NCBI RefSeq assembly: GCF_028368995.1 | Contig: NZ_JAQNDL010000002.1 | Location: 352,001-416,000, forward strand | Length of the DNA stretch: 64,000 nucleotides | From: Nannocystis bainbridge | GTDB taxonomy: Bacteria > Myxococcota_A > Polyangia > Nannocystales > Nannocystaceae | Reading direction: 5' to 3' | Notes under the pieces: generated by a model | What the model was told of the DNA's origin: nothing | Database searches by the model: none | What the model saw: the letters and a program-made list of their open reading frames with translations, nothing else | Position numbers and translations under genes: made by a program | In this document: positions 54,978-64,000 of the stretch, in pieces | Layout of the letters: every line of letters begins with the position of its first letter | Position numbering within the stretch: the stretch's first letter is position 1

Positions 54978-56225
54978 TCAGCCGGCGGGATCGAAGCCGA
55001 CGTCGCAGCCGTAGCGGACGTCGAGCTTGGCGCCGGCGTCGGCCTGGACCTCGGCGCAGGCGGCAGGGCAGAGGATGACGGTGGCGTTCTCGATGTAAAA
55101 GGCTTCGGCCTCACAGGCGGCGAGGTCGATGACCTGATGGAAGGCCTTGGCGGGCGGGAGGCCGCCGACCTGGTAGTCGATCTGGATGGTGTCGGGATCG
55201 ATGGTGCCCATGGGCGGGTCGGGGATCGGGAAGGCGCAGGCGATCGGGGTGGTCTCGACGACGTCCTTGGCGATCTCCTGGAAGAGGACGTCGAAGGAGT
55301 CGGTCTGCGACAGCGGGAACCGCCAACCACCGCTGACGACGCTGACGCGCTGGATCGATTCGCCCTCGCCCTGGAGCGGGTCCACCGGCAGCCAGGGGGC
55401 GTCGGCGGGGCTGTTGGCGGGCATGGTGACGATGGCGTGGAAGACGTAGTCGCGCGCGCCAGGGGTGCCGAAATGCGGAGGATCGAGGGCGAGCAGGGCG
55501 GCGTCGAAGGCGTCGCCGTCAGCCTCGGCGTTCGAGGCGCTGGTGGCGTCGGTCATGGCGAGGATGACCTTGCGGGTGCCGTCGCGCAGGAAGTCGCGGA
55601 AGCCGCCAGGGGCGAGGCCGTGCGGGTCGGGGGTGGTGTACCAGGCGAGGATGTTGTCGAGGAAGGCGCCGGAGCCGGTGATGGCGTCGTAATGCTTGTA
55701 GCGCTCGGTGACGGCAGGGACGGTGGGGGGAGGGTTGCAGTCGGTGCCGGACAGCGGGGCGCTGATGCAGATGTCGAGCTGCTCGCCAGGCGGCCAGTCG
55801 CCCATGACGATGACGCGATAGTCGATGTCGCTGGCGCCGAGGATGGCGGCGAAGTCCTGGTTGATGCTGGCCTCGACGGCGGCGATGGCAGCCTGCATGG
55901 AGTTGGAGGTGTCGACGACGACGACGACGTCGACGCCGATCGACTGGACCTGCGGCTCGAGCATCTGGGCGGCACAGTCGCCGGTGGTGGCCATGTCGCC
56001 CTGGTCAGGCTGCTGGCCGAGGTCGAGCTTGGGCAGGCCGGTGGTGGAGGTGGTGGTCGGCTCGCCGGTGGAGGTGCCGTCAGTGGCGGCGCCGTCGGTG
56101 GTGCCGAGCGTGGTGGGGGCAGGACCGCTGGTGGTGAGGGTGGCGTTGGCGGTGTCCTGGGGCCGGCCGCTGTCGCCGCAGGCGAGGAGAGGAGCGCACA
56201 GGAGAAGCGCGGGGAGGCGGTGCAT
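54978..56225 (-). CDS. vWA-like domain lipoprotein
   Basis: Lipobox LLAC, Thr linker, VVVVDTSNSM (MIDAS DxSxS). Confidence 0.82.
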   Translation of the reverse strand: MHRLPALLLCAPLLACGDSGRPQDTANATLTTSGPAPTTLGTTDGAATDGTSTGEPTTTSTTGLPKLDLGQQPDQGDMATTGDCAAQMLEPQVQSIGVDVVVVVDTSNSMQAAIAAVEASINQDFAAILGASDIDYRVIVMGDWPPGEQLDICISAPLSGTDCNPPPTVPAVTERYKHYDAITGSGAFLDNILAWYTTPDPHGLAPGGFRDFLRDGTRKVILAMTDATSASNAEADGDAFDAALLALDPPHFGTPGARDYVFHAIVTMPANSPADAPWLPVDPLQGEGESIQRVSVVSGGWRFPLSQTDSFDVLFQEIAKDVVETTPIACAFPIPDPPMGTIDPDTIQIDYQVGGLPPAKAFHQVIDLAACEAEAFYIENATVILCPAACAEVQADAGAKLDVRYGCDVGFDPAG

Positions 56226-56477
56226 CGCGGGGATGGTACTGCAGGATGTCGGCGGCGGTGGAGCGCGAGGCTGCGCGCGCATGGGCCGGCGATCGCGGAG
56301 GGGGCGGGGCGGTGAGGTGGCCTTTGGGACAGGCGGTGCGAGAGGTAGCGCGCGTCGAGCGAGGCGCGAAGCGGGCCTTTGATGCGGGTCGAGGGCGAGG
56401 GGCGCGATGGTCGCACGGCTCGGGCCTGAGTGGCGAAGCAGAGGCGAGGCAGAGGACCGTGAGCGGGATTGCCGATG

Positions 56478-56529
56478 GGACATGTCCTCATGGGCATGAG
56501 TCATGGGACATGTCGTTTTGAACATGTCC
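56478..56529. repeat. four-box CATG array (14-bp period)
   Basis: Cores at 56481, 56495, 56509, 56523, 12 bp downstream of the permease stop. Confidence 0.85.
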
Positions 56530-56540
56530 TGAGAGCAATG

Positions 56541-57032
56541 TCATGCGCGGATCAGGCGGACGATGAGCTGGGCGGTGGCGCCGGCGGCGAAGGGGAGCAG
56601 GCAGCTTGCGGCGACGCGCAGGGCGGCGAGGCGGGCGCCGTAGATGCCTACTTCCATCGGCAGGCGGAGGATGGGCAGGAGGGCCATGCTGGTGAGGTAG
56701 GTGACGAGCACGCCGACGCCCGCGCCGGCCTTGAGCAGGCCGGCGGCGAGGGGCATGCCGAGGAGGCCGCCGCCGGGGGTGAGGGCGCCGGCGATCCAGG
56801 CGAGGAGGTGGCCGCGCGGGCCGGCGGCGTCGCTGAGCCAGCGCTCGACGAAATCGGCGGGGAGGAGGGCCTCGGCCATGCCGGCGAGCAAGAAGGCGAC
56901 GACGAGGATCGGCATCATCGTCAGGAAGGTGCGGCCGGATCGCTGGAGGCCGTCGACGAACACGCCCTGGACGGCGGCGAGCAGGCCGAGGATCAGCAGG
57001 GCGGCGGCGAGGAGGAGGAGGGCGAGCTTCAT
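56541..57032 (-). CDS. small permease (ArsP-like / predicted permease family)
   Basis: Multi-TM, AGALTPGG..PLAAGLLKAGAG. ATGA overlap with the upstream gene. Confidence 0.75.
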   Translation of the reverse strand: MKLALLLLAAALLILGLLAAVQGVFVDGLQRSGRTFLTMMPILVVAFLLAGMAEALLPADFVERWLSDAAGPRGHLLAWIAGALTPGGGLLGMPLAAGLLKAGAGVGVLVTYLTSMALLPILRLPMEVGIYGARLAALRVAASCLLPFAAGATAQLIVRLIRA

Positions 57033-59695
57033 GGGCCGGGCTCCGCGAGGACCTCGACGATGCCGCGGCTGCCGTCGACGCGCAGGCGCTGGCCGGACTT
57101 GAGGCGCTTGGTGCCGTCGCCGACGCCGACGACGGCGGGGATGCCGTACTCGCGGGCGATGACGGAGCCGTGGGTCATCATGCCGCCGACGTCGCACACG
57201 AGGCCGGCGGCGTGGACGAACAGGGGGGTCCAGCCGGGATCGGTGTAGGGGGCGACGAGGATCTCGCCGGCGCGCAGGACCTGGGCGGCGGGATCGAGGA
57301 CGACGTGGGCGATGCCCTCGACGACGCCGGCGCTGGCGCCGAGGCCGGCGAGTGCCCCTTCGGGCAGGTCCTTCGGGACAGGTCGGGCGGGGACCTCGCC
57401 CTCGCTGGTGACGACGAGCGGGACGGTGAGGTGCCGCGAATGCTCGTAGTCGGCGCGGCGCTCGGCGATGCGCGGGCGCGGGTCGAAGGCGTGCGGATCG
57501 GCGACGAGCTCGAGCAGCTCGTCGTAGGTCAGGAACCACACGTCGCCGGGGGCCGCGAGTCGACCGTCGCGCACGAGCGGGTCGGCGGCGGCGAGGATGG
57601 TGCGGCGCACGAGCTCGAAGCACTGGACGAACAGGTACTTGGGGTGCTCGCGCAGGCCGAGGCAGTAGCGCACGCACTCGACCTGGCGGCGGACCCACCC
57701 GCGCGCGAGGACAGGTGCAGCGGCGACGAGGCGCGCGGCGGCGGCCTCGGCCTCGGCCTGCAGGCCGGCGAAGTGGCGGCGGTGCTGGCCGGGCGCGTCG
57801 CCGTGGGCCGCCATGCCGCGGATGCTGGTGAGCAAGAGCGCGGGATCGTCGGCCCAGCGCGGGCGGCCGATGTCGATCTCGGCCTGGCCGCGCATGCCGA
57901 AGCGGACGAGGAAGGCCGCGAGCGCGTCGACGAAGGCGGGGCCGCCGGGCAGGTCGCGCAGGCGCTCGAGCTGGCCGGGGCGCACGTGCTCGAGAGCGGC
58001 GCGCAGGTCGGGGTGAAGGCGCACGAGGTCGGCGAGGTCGCCGACGCGGAGGTCCATCTCGGTGGTGACGTTGCCGACGAGGCCGCGCTGGAGGAGCTCG
58101 ACGTCGGCGGCGTGCGGGGTGTCGGCGAAGCGACGGCGCAGACGACCGAGGCTGAGCAGGCCGGCGGCGAGGCGCGGGGCGATCTTCGGCATGACCTGAA
58201 AGACGCCGGTGAGCTGGTGCCGGGCGGCGCGCAGGCGGGCGGCGCCGGGCGGCTGAGATTCGACGGCGGCGCGGAAGCTGGCGACCCACGCGGCGACGAG
58301 CCGATCGGCCCAGGCGGCCTGATCCTCGAGGCGCGCGCCCAGCAGCAGCCACGCGAGCTCGAACGGGACGCCCCACATCATGCGCGCGGCCAGCCCCAGC
58401 GCGGCGGGGCGCGGCTTGGCGGCGGCCTGGATCTCCGGGCGATCCACCAATGTGGCAAGGCGCGCCGCCACCTCGGGGTAGACCGCGCGCAAGATCCGGA
58501 AGGCCAGGCGGCGCGTCGGCCCCAGGCGCAGCGCGGGCGTGAAGTCGATGAAGATCCGGCTGCCGGCGTCGACCATCGTCGCCGCGCCATGCGGCAGCTC
58601 GTCGAGGCGGGTCTTGCCGAACGGGAACACCGCGCGCCACAGGTCGCGGCCCATCGGCGTGATCGGATCGATCATGTTCTGCGCGTGGCCGAAGCTGAGG
58701 TAGAGGTGCACGGCGCCGTCGTCGGGGCCGGGCGCGGGCAAGGGATAGAGCGAGGTGATCGGGCGCGCCTGGACCAGCCACAGCCGGCCTTCGACGAGGC
58801 ACCACTCGAGGTCCTGGGGGACGCCGCCGTAGTGGGCCTCGACGCGGGCGCCGAGGTCGGTCAGGGCGGCGACGGCGGCGTCGTCGAGGACGCGAGCGCG
58901 ACGCCTGTCCTCGGGGACATCTTCGGTGACGGTGCCGCCGCCGGGCACGGCGCGGATGGCGACGTGTTTGTCGCCGATACGCAGCTCCTTGAGCGCGCCG
59001 GTGCGGCGATCGACGCGGTAGAGGTCGGCGGTGACGAGGCCGCTGACGAGCGCCTCGCCGAGGCCATAGCCGGCGTCGATGGTGAGGGTGCCGCGGTGAC
59101 CGGTGACGGGGTCGGCGGTGAAGAGGATCCCGCTGGCGTCGGGCACGACCATGCGCTGGACGACGACGGCGAGGGCGACGTGGCGGTGGCCGAAGCCGTT
59201 GCGCGCGCGGTAGAGGATCGCGCGGTCGGTGAACAGGCTGGCGAAGCAGCGCCGGACCGCGGCCGACAATTCGTCGCCGCCGCGGATGTTGAGATAGGTG
59301 TCCTGCTGGCCGGCGAACGAGGCGCCCGGCAGGTCCTCGGCGGTGGCGGAGGAGCGCACGGCGTAGGCGTGCTCGCGGCCGAGCTCGCGGTGGGCGGCGG
59401 CGAGATCGGCGATCAGCGCGGGCGGGAGCGGGACGGCGAGCAGAGCGTCACGCACACCGGCCCCGAGCTCGCGCGCGCCAGCGACGTCGTCGGGGCCGAG
59501 GGCGTCGAGCCGGTCGAGCCATTGCGCGAATTCGGGGCAGCCGGCCACGAAATGGTGATAGGCGGCCGTGGTGACGCAAAAGCCCGGCGGGACGGGGAAG
59601 CCGGCGCGGGTGAGGGCGCCGAGGTTTTGTCCCTTGCCGCCGACGCGCGCGAGGTCGTCGGGGCCGATGGCGGAGAATGGCAGGATCAGGGTCAC
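57029..59695 (-). CDS. PEP-synthase-related phosphotransferase with rifampicin phosphotransferase (RPH) architecture
   Basis: N-terminal ATP-grasp (VGGKG, AVRSSATAEDL, SFAGQQDTYL, QARPITSL), large central domain, C-terminal swivel (TDPGWTPLF, THGSVIAREYGIPAVVGV). About 888 aa. Confidence 0.85.
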   Translation of the reverse strand: MTLILPFSAIGPDDLARVGGKGQNLGALTRAGFPVPPGFCVTTAAYHHFVAGCPEFAQWLDRLDALGPDDVAGARELGAGVRDALLAVPLPPALIADLAAAHRELGREHAYAVRSSATAEDLPGASFAGQQDTYLNIRGGDELSAAVRRCFASLFTDRAILYRARNGFGHRHVALAVVVQRMVVPDASGILFTADPVTGHRGTLTIDAGYGLGEALVSGLVTADLYRVDRRTGALKELRIGDKHVAIRAVPGGGTVTEDVPEDRRRARVLDDAAVAALTDLGARVEAHYGGVPQDLEWCLVEGRLWLVQARPITSLYPLPAPGPDDGAVHLYLSFGHAQNMIDPITPMGRDLWRAVFPFGKTRLDELPHGAATMVDAGSRIFIDFTPALRLGPTRRLAFRILRAVYPEVAARLATLVDRPEIQAAAKPRPAALGLAARMMWGVPFELAWLLLGARLEDQAAWADRLVAAWVASFRAAVESQPPGAARLRAARHQLTGVFQVMPKIAPRLAAGLLSLGRLRRRFADTPHAADVELLQRGLVGNVTTEMDLRVGDLADLVRLHPDLRAALEHVRPGQLERLRDLPGGPAFVDALAAFLVRFGMRGQAEIDIGRPRWADDPALLLTSIRGMAAHGDAPGQHRRHFAGLQAEAEAAAARLVAAAPVLARGWVRRQVECVRYCLGLREHPKYLFVQCFELVRRTILAAADPLVRDGRLAAPGDVWFLTYDELLELVADPHAFDPRPRIAERRADYEHSRHLTVPLVVTSEGEVPARPVPKDLPEGALAGLGASAGVVEGIAHVVLDPAAQVLRAGEILVAPYTDPGWTPLFVHAAGLVCDVGGMMTHGSVIAREYGIPAVVGVGDGTKRLKSGQRLRVDGSRGIVEVLAEPGP

Positions 59696-60471
59696 GGAGC
59701 ACCTCGTTTCACGCCGTGGAGGAAGAATGCGACGATGGTCCGGGCGTCGCGCTCGGGGTCGCCGTCGCCGGGCAATCCCCACAGTCCGTCGAGGATGCCG
59801 AAGCCCAGCAGCATGCCCTGGAAGGCGCGTGCGAGCCGGTAGGGGTCGTCGTCGACGAGGTGGCCGGATTCGACGTAGCGGCGCATCAGGGCGGCGAGGC
59901 CGTGGATCGAGCGCTCGGGGGCGTCGGCGAGCTCGCCGAGGGTGCTGCTGCCGCGCAGCCGCTCGACGAGGATGAGGCGCATGAGGGCCTGGTCGCCGCG
60001 CATCTGCTGCAGGGCGGCGAGGGCCATGCGTTCGAGGTCGAGGGCGAGGTCGCCGGAGGGCTCGCGGGCGGTGCTCCACACGACCTGGCGAATGTGCATA
60101 CTGCGGCCGAACTCGCGGAGGAGGTTCTTCTTGTCGCCGAATTGGCGGTAGACGGTGGCCGTGCCGACGCCGGCGGCCTCGGCGATGGCCTCGATGGTGG
60201 CGCCCTCGAGGCCCTGCCGGGCGAAGACGTCGCGGGCGGCGGCGAGGACCTTCTCGCGCGCGTCTCCGCGCGTGGGGGCGTCGACCCCCGCGGCGGCGAG
60301 CTGCTGGACGAGGGCCTCGCGGCTGCCGACGAGGCGGTAGGCCGAACTGCGAGAAATGCCGGCAGCCTCGGCCAAACGGTCCATGGTGAGCGCTTCAGGC
60401 CCAGCCTCGTCGAGCAGCCGCCGCGCGACTTCGAGCAGCTCCGGGAGGGTGACGGACGCTTGGGATGACAC
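59692..60471 (-). CDS. TetR/AcrR regulator with two tandem HTH domains
   Basis: LTMDRLAEAAGISRSSAYRL and ATIEAIAEAAGVGTATVYRQF. GTGA overlap with the next gene. Start approximate. Confidence 0.85.
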   Translation of the reverse strand: MSSQASVTLPELLEVARRLLDEAGPEALTMDRLAEAAGISRSSAYRLVGSREALVQQLAAAGVDAPTRGDAREKVLAAARDVFARQGLEGATIEAIAEAAGVGTATVYRQFGDKKNLLREFGRSMHIRQVVWSTAREPSGDLALDLERMALAALQQMRGDQALMRLILVERLRGSSTLGELADAPERSIHGLAALMRRYVESGHLVDDDPYRLARAFQGMLLGFGILDGLWGLPGDGDPERDARTIVAFFLHGVKRGAP

Positions 60472-60846
60472 GAGAGATATGTGTATCAATCGTTCCGTTT
60501 CGTCAAGCGGTCGTCTTGGAGGGCGGCGGAATTTGTTGGCGCGGGGCGGATGCGCGCGCGGCGATCCGGGAGAATGCCACCGGGATGTCCGAAGGGACAG
60601 GTGGTCATTGCGGGCGCGATGATGGGGGCGTGGCGGGATCGACGATTCGCCGGGGACACGGGGGCTCGATCGCGCGAGGGCCGGCGACGTGAGCCGAGGT
60701 TCTCGCGCCCTCACCTTCGCGTTTCGCTGGCTGGTGGGCGCGATCGTGGGCGAATCGGGCTCGCGTCGAGGCCGCGTCGCGCGGTCCTCCGCGCCGAGCG
60801 ACCGATGCCGGGGCCCGCGCACCGGGGGCCGTGGCATGCTCGGGGC

Positions 60847-61203
60847 ATGGCCCGCACTAACCCCAAGCTCGCGTTCTCCATCGTCGGTGCGGCGTTCCTG
60901 GCGGTCGGCGTGGGCTGGTGCGTGGTCGACCAGCTCGATCGCAAGGAGGTCGCGCTCCTGCAGCAGGAGGGGGTGATCGGCACGGCGCGCGTGCTGTCCT
61001 ACGAGGACACGGGCTCGGCGCAGAACGGCAGGCCGCGGGTGCGGTTCCGCTTCGAGATCGAGCCCGAGAGCGGGGGCCCGCCGGTCCGGGCCGAGACGAC
61101 GCTGGTGGTCACTTCGATGGAAGCGCCGCGCCTGCAGGTCGGGTCGGTCCGCAAGGTGCGGTTCCTGCCGCGTGACCCGGATGTGTTCCGGTTCCTCGAC
61201 TGA
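60847..61203 (+). CDS. DUF3592-like membrane protein
   Basis: N-terminal TM, GTARVLSYEDTG..NGRP, VRFLPRDP. Confidence 0.7.
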   Translation: MARTNPKLAFSIVGAAFLAVGVGWCVVDQLDRKEVALLQQEGVIGTARVLSYEDTGSAQNGRPRVRFRFEIEPESGGPPVRAETTLVVTSMEAPRLQVGSVRKVRFLPRDPDVFRFLD

Positions 61204-61224
61204 CGACGCGGCGCGGCGCGAGGC

Positions 61225-63168
61225 TCAGGCGCAGGTGCCCTTGGGCGCGCCGCAGTCGCCGGCGCCGGTGCAGGTGCCGCTGACGCACTCGGCGTCGAAG
61301 CGGCAGGCTTCGCCGGCCTTCAGCGAGGCCTCGCAGTAGGAGTCGCCGCACTCCTCGGGGAACTCGGCCTCGCGCTGGGCGTGCGGCGGGAGGGCGACGA
61401 TGCCGCTGGCATCGAGGTCGCCTGCGGGGTCGGCGGGGCCGGAGCGCGGGGCCTCGGCGCGCTCCCACATGCGCACGAAGGCGTCGGCCGAGTCGCGCAG
61501 CGGGGTGGTGTCGGTGCCGAGCTGGTCGAGGTCGGCGAGCAGGTCGGGGAGCAGGCCGATGTGGCCGAGGCCGGCCTCGTCGAAGCCGGTGCCGAGCGGG
61601 GCGGGGCCGCCGGCGAGCTCGTCGCGGGCCTGACAGCGGGCCTCGGTCGGGAACGAGGCGGAGCAGGCGTCGACGCCGAAGCGCGGGCGGACCTGCTGGA
61701 TGAAGCCGTTGAGGTCGGAGCCGAGAGCGACGGCGACCTTGAGGCCGAGGCGGGCGAAATCATAGGACTGCGCGAACGAGCGGCTCGAGCCGTGGCAGGT
61801 GTTGGCGACGTCGGAGGGCTCGTAGGTGTTGACCTCTTCGTGGCCGGTGCGGATGCCGAAGATCCCGCCGACCTCGCGCAGGTGCTCGACGATCCACACG
61901 GGGGTGGTCTTCTCCTCGCGCGCCTTGTCGGCCGGGAGCATCTCGCGGAAGTGGCCGTGCGAGACGTAGAAGGGGTAGTAGTCGCGGGCGACCGCGAGGG
62001 CGTGCAGGTCGCGCACGCCCTTCTCCGACAGGTGGGCGGCGTCGACGAGCATGCCGAGGTCCATCATGGCATTGGCGAGCTGCTCGCCCTCGGCGGTGAG
62101 GCCGAGGGTGTTGCGACAATCGGCGTCGACGTCGAAGCCGAGGGTGACGCCGCCCTGGGTGATGCCGCAGTCCATGTCGATGTGACAGTTCTCGGCGTAC
62201 TGGGCGATGTGGAAGATGTTGTTGTGCGGGGCGGCGCCGCCGAAGCGGTTGTCGAGCTGGTGGACGGGCTGGAGGGTGCGCACGCCGAGGGCGTAGAGCT
62301 CGTCGAGCTGCGGCTTCCAGTCGCCCTGCTGCATGAGGTGCGAGGCCTCGACGCTGAGCACGAGGGCGAGCCGATCCTCGCCGACGATCCGGCGGGCGTC
62401 GGCGGCGGTCAATGCGATCTCGGCCCAATCATGGGTCTCGACGAATTGGTGGGCCAGCTCGAGCTGGACCTTCACGTCCTCCATCTCGTCGCACTGCGGG
62501 CGCTCGAGGTTCTCCTCGGCGATGGCGCGGCACAGCCAGTCGTTGGAGACGGCCGAGACGACCTCGAGCCGCAGGCCGGCCATGTAGGCGGCGTGGAGGT
62601 GCTCCTCCCAGACCTGCTGGTGGGCGATGGCGTCCCAGCGCGGCCAGCCCTGAAAGCCGGGCCAGCCGTCGACGCGGGCCTTGTGCTCGCCGGTGTCGCC
62701 GGTGGAGCCGGGGATCTGGCTGACGAACTCGCTGACGACCTCGCCGCCGCCAGGCGCGGCGATGACGGAGACGAGCGGGACGAGCTTGGCGAGGTCGGCG
62801 AGGCTCATGCCCTCGCACTCGCCGAGCAAGGGGGCGAGGTCGTCCTTGAGGCGAGCGTGGTCGCCGGGGTCGCCGCCGTCGCAAGGGGCGAGGGCGACGT
62901 CGCCAGGGCCGGCGTGGCTGCCGTGGAACCAGCCGCCGCCGAAGGCCTCCTCGGCGAACATGTGGAGGTGGAGGTCGGCGACGCCGTGCAGGGTCGGGAG
63001 GTCGGGGCCGCCGGTGGTGGTCGGGGCGTCGGTGGTGGTCGGCGTGTCGGTGGTGGCGCCGGTGCCGGTGCCGGTCGTGGTGCTCGCGTCGGTCGCGGCC
63101 GGGCCGCCGCCGTTGCAGGCGGTGAAAAAGGCGAGGCTCGTGAAGGTGACGGCGAGACCGCGGATCAT
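61225..63168 (-). CDS. membrane dipeptidase (M19)-like amidohydrolase lipoprotein
   Basis: Lipobox FTAC, ADLHLHMF, LSVEASH, PVHQLDNRFGG, DAAHLS, VSHGH, LGSDLNG. Confidence 0.85.
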   Translation of the reverse strand: MIRGLAVTFTSLAFFTACNGGGPAATDASTTTGTGTGATTDTPTTTDAPTTTGGPDLPTLHGVADLHLHMFAEEAFGGGWFHGSHAGPGDVALAPCDGGDPGDHARLKDDLAPLLGECEGMSLADLAKLVPLVSVIAAPGGGEVVSEFVSQIPGSTGDTGEHKARVDGWPGFQGWPRWDAIAHQQVWEEHLHAAYMAGLRLEVVSAVSNDWLCRAIAEENLERPQCDEMEDVKVQLELAHQFVETHDWAEIALTAADARRIVGEDRLALVLSVEASHLMQQGDWKPQLDELYALGVRTLQPVHQLDNRFGGAAPHNNIFHIAQYAENCHIDMDCGITQGGVTLGFDVDADCRNTLGLTAEGEQLANAMMDLGMLVDAAHLSEKGVRDLHALAVARDYYPFYVSHGHFREMLPADKAREEKTTPVWIVEHLREVGGIFGIRTGHEEVNTYEPSDVANTCHGSSRSFAQSYDFARLGLKVAVALGSDLNGFIQQVRPRFGVDACSASFPTEARCQARDELAGGPAPLGTGFDEAGLGHIGLLPDLLADLDQLGTDTTPLRDSADAFVRMWERAEAPRSGPADPAGDLDASGIVALPPHAQREAEFPEECGDSYCEASLKAGEACRFDAECVSGTCTGAGDCGAPKGTCA

Positions 63169-63312
63169 CGTTCCAGGCACGCTAGCGAGGGCGAGGGCGA
63201 CGGTCAAGGCGGGGCTGCGGGGCGCCCGGGGGCCGCTGGGCGGGCGGGACGGCCGGGGCGCGGCGCCCGGGGCCGGGGCTGGGGCGCGGCCGAGGAGGCA
63301 GTGTGGCCCATG

Positions 63313-63524
63313 GGACATGTCCGATGGGTCATGCGTGCGCGCCGCCGGCTCGACTCGCGTGGCCGGCGGGACAGGCTCGGTCTGCGGCTGGTTCGACCGC
63401 GACATGGCCGACGAAGCAGAGCCGACAGGTCGCGTCGTGCCGGTGCGCATGGCTCTTGGGACATGGCGAACAGGGAATGTTCGATGGGGCATGTTCCATC
63501 GAACATGCGCGTTCGGGCATGCCC
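63313..63524. repeat. CATG-box arrays (14-bp period)
   Basis: Cores at 63316/63330 and 63448, 63462, (63476 AATG), 63490, 63504, 63518. Confidence 0.85.
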
Positions 63525-63530
63525 CTTCGG

Positions 63531-64000
63531 TCAGATGTGCGCGATCGTGACGAGGTAGCCGAAGGCGGGCTTGCCGTCGGGGAGGCTGCAGCTGAGGTCG
63601 AGGCTGACTCTGGTGTGCGGCGGGGCGCCGAGCAGCCAGCACGGGAACACCTTGGAGCCGTAGGGCGAATCGGGGACGAGGTAGCGGCGCAGCTCGTCGT
63701 AGGTGACGGGGACGGGCTCGCGCACGCCGGCGGGGCTGCGGGAGCCGAGCGCGCTCGAGACGGGGCCGAGGCCGCCGAGGGCGACCAGGACGGGCTGGAC
63801 GCGCGCGAGCAGCCCGTCGAGGCTGGCGAGGCCGGTGACGTGGAGGTCGGCGCGGTTGAGGTTGCCGTTCCAGGCGGTGAAGTGGAGCTGGCCGAGTGGG
63901 CCGAGGTCGCGGACGAGGCGCTCAGCGGCGGGCTCGAAGCGCAGGTCGGGCCGCTCGCGGTGGAACTCGGCGAGGGCGATGCGGCGGAAGCCGTGGGCCT
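63531..64000 (-). CDS. hypothetical protein, 3' part (truncated by window)
   Basis: Frame is open from the window end to the stop at 63531 (…AHGFRRIALAEF…GYLVTIAHI). Confidence 0.6.
   Translation of the reverse strand, partial: AHGFRRIALAEFHRERPDLRFEPAAERLVRDLGPLGQLHFTAWNGNLNRADLHVTGLASLDGLLARVQPVLVALGGLGPVSSALGSRSPAGVREPVPVTYDELRRYLVPDSPYGSKVFPCWLLGAPPHTRVSLDLSCSLPDGKPAFGYLVTIAHI

Noticed and set aside
57029-59695. Housekeeping PEP synthase (ppsA)
   Set aside because: The His-swivel domain is C-terminal and there is no pyruvate-binding barrel.

Overview
Very GC-rich bacterial DNA, almost certainly from a myxobacterium. A Nannocystis-like host is inferred from the many lipoproteins with Thr-rich linkers, the DUF4215 Cys-rich repeats, a fibro-slime protein and a 2-methylisoborneol cluster. 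There are about 50 plausible genes; most long ORFs in the track are GC-rich shadow frames. Recognisable blocks: glgX-treZ-treY (glycogen to trehalose); lhr-nei DNA repair with a nearby internally deleted nei duplicate; a four-gene operon of two family 2B encapsulins, a GPP methyltransferase and a 2-MIB synthase; a double-HTH TetR / rifampicin-phosphotransferase-like / permease operon; an ECF42-type sigma factor; a V4R-like plus STAS pair. No rRNA, tRNA, CRISPR or transposase was seen. The main unexplained signal is a dispersed non-coding repeat family: arrays of 10-bp palindromic boxes (consensus RRRCATGYYY) with 4-nt spacers and an exact 14-bp period, found at about 10 sites and nearly always just downstream of a stop codon. 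Also notable are a minimal PolA-palm-like protein and a possible actinoporin/lectin-like two-gene cassette inside a mosaic, duplication-scarred region. All calls are by eye from sequence motifs; no searches were run.
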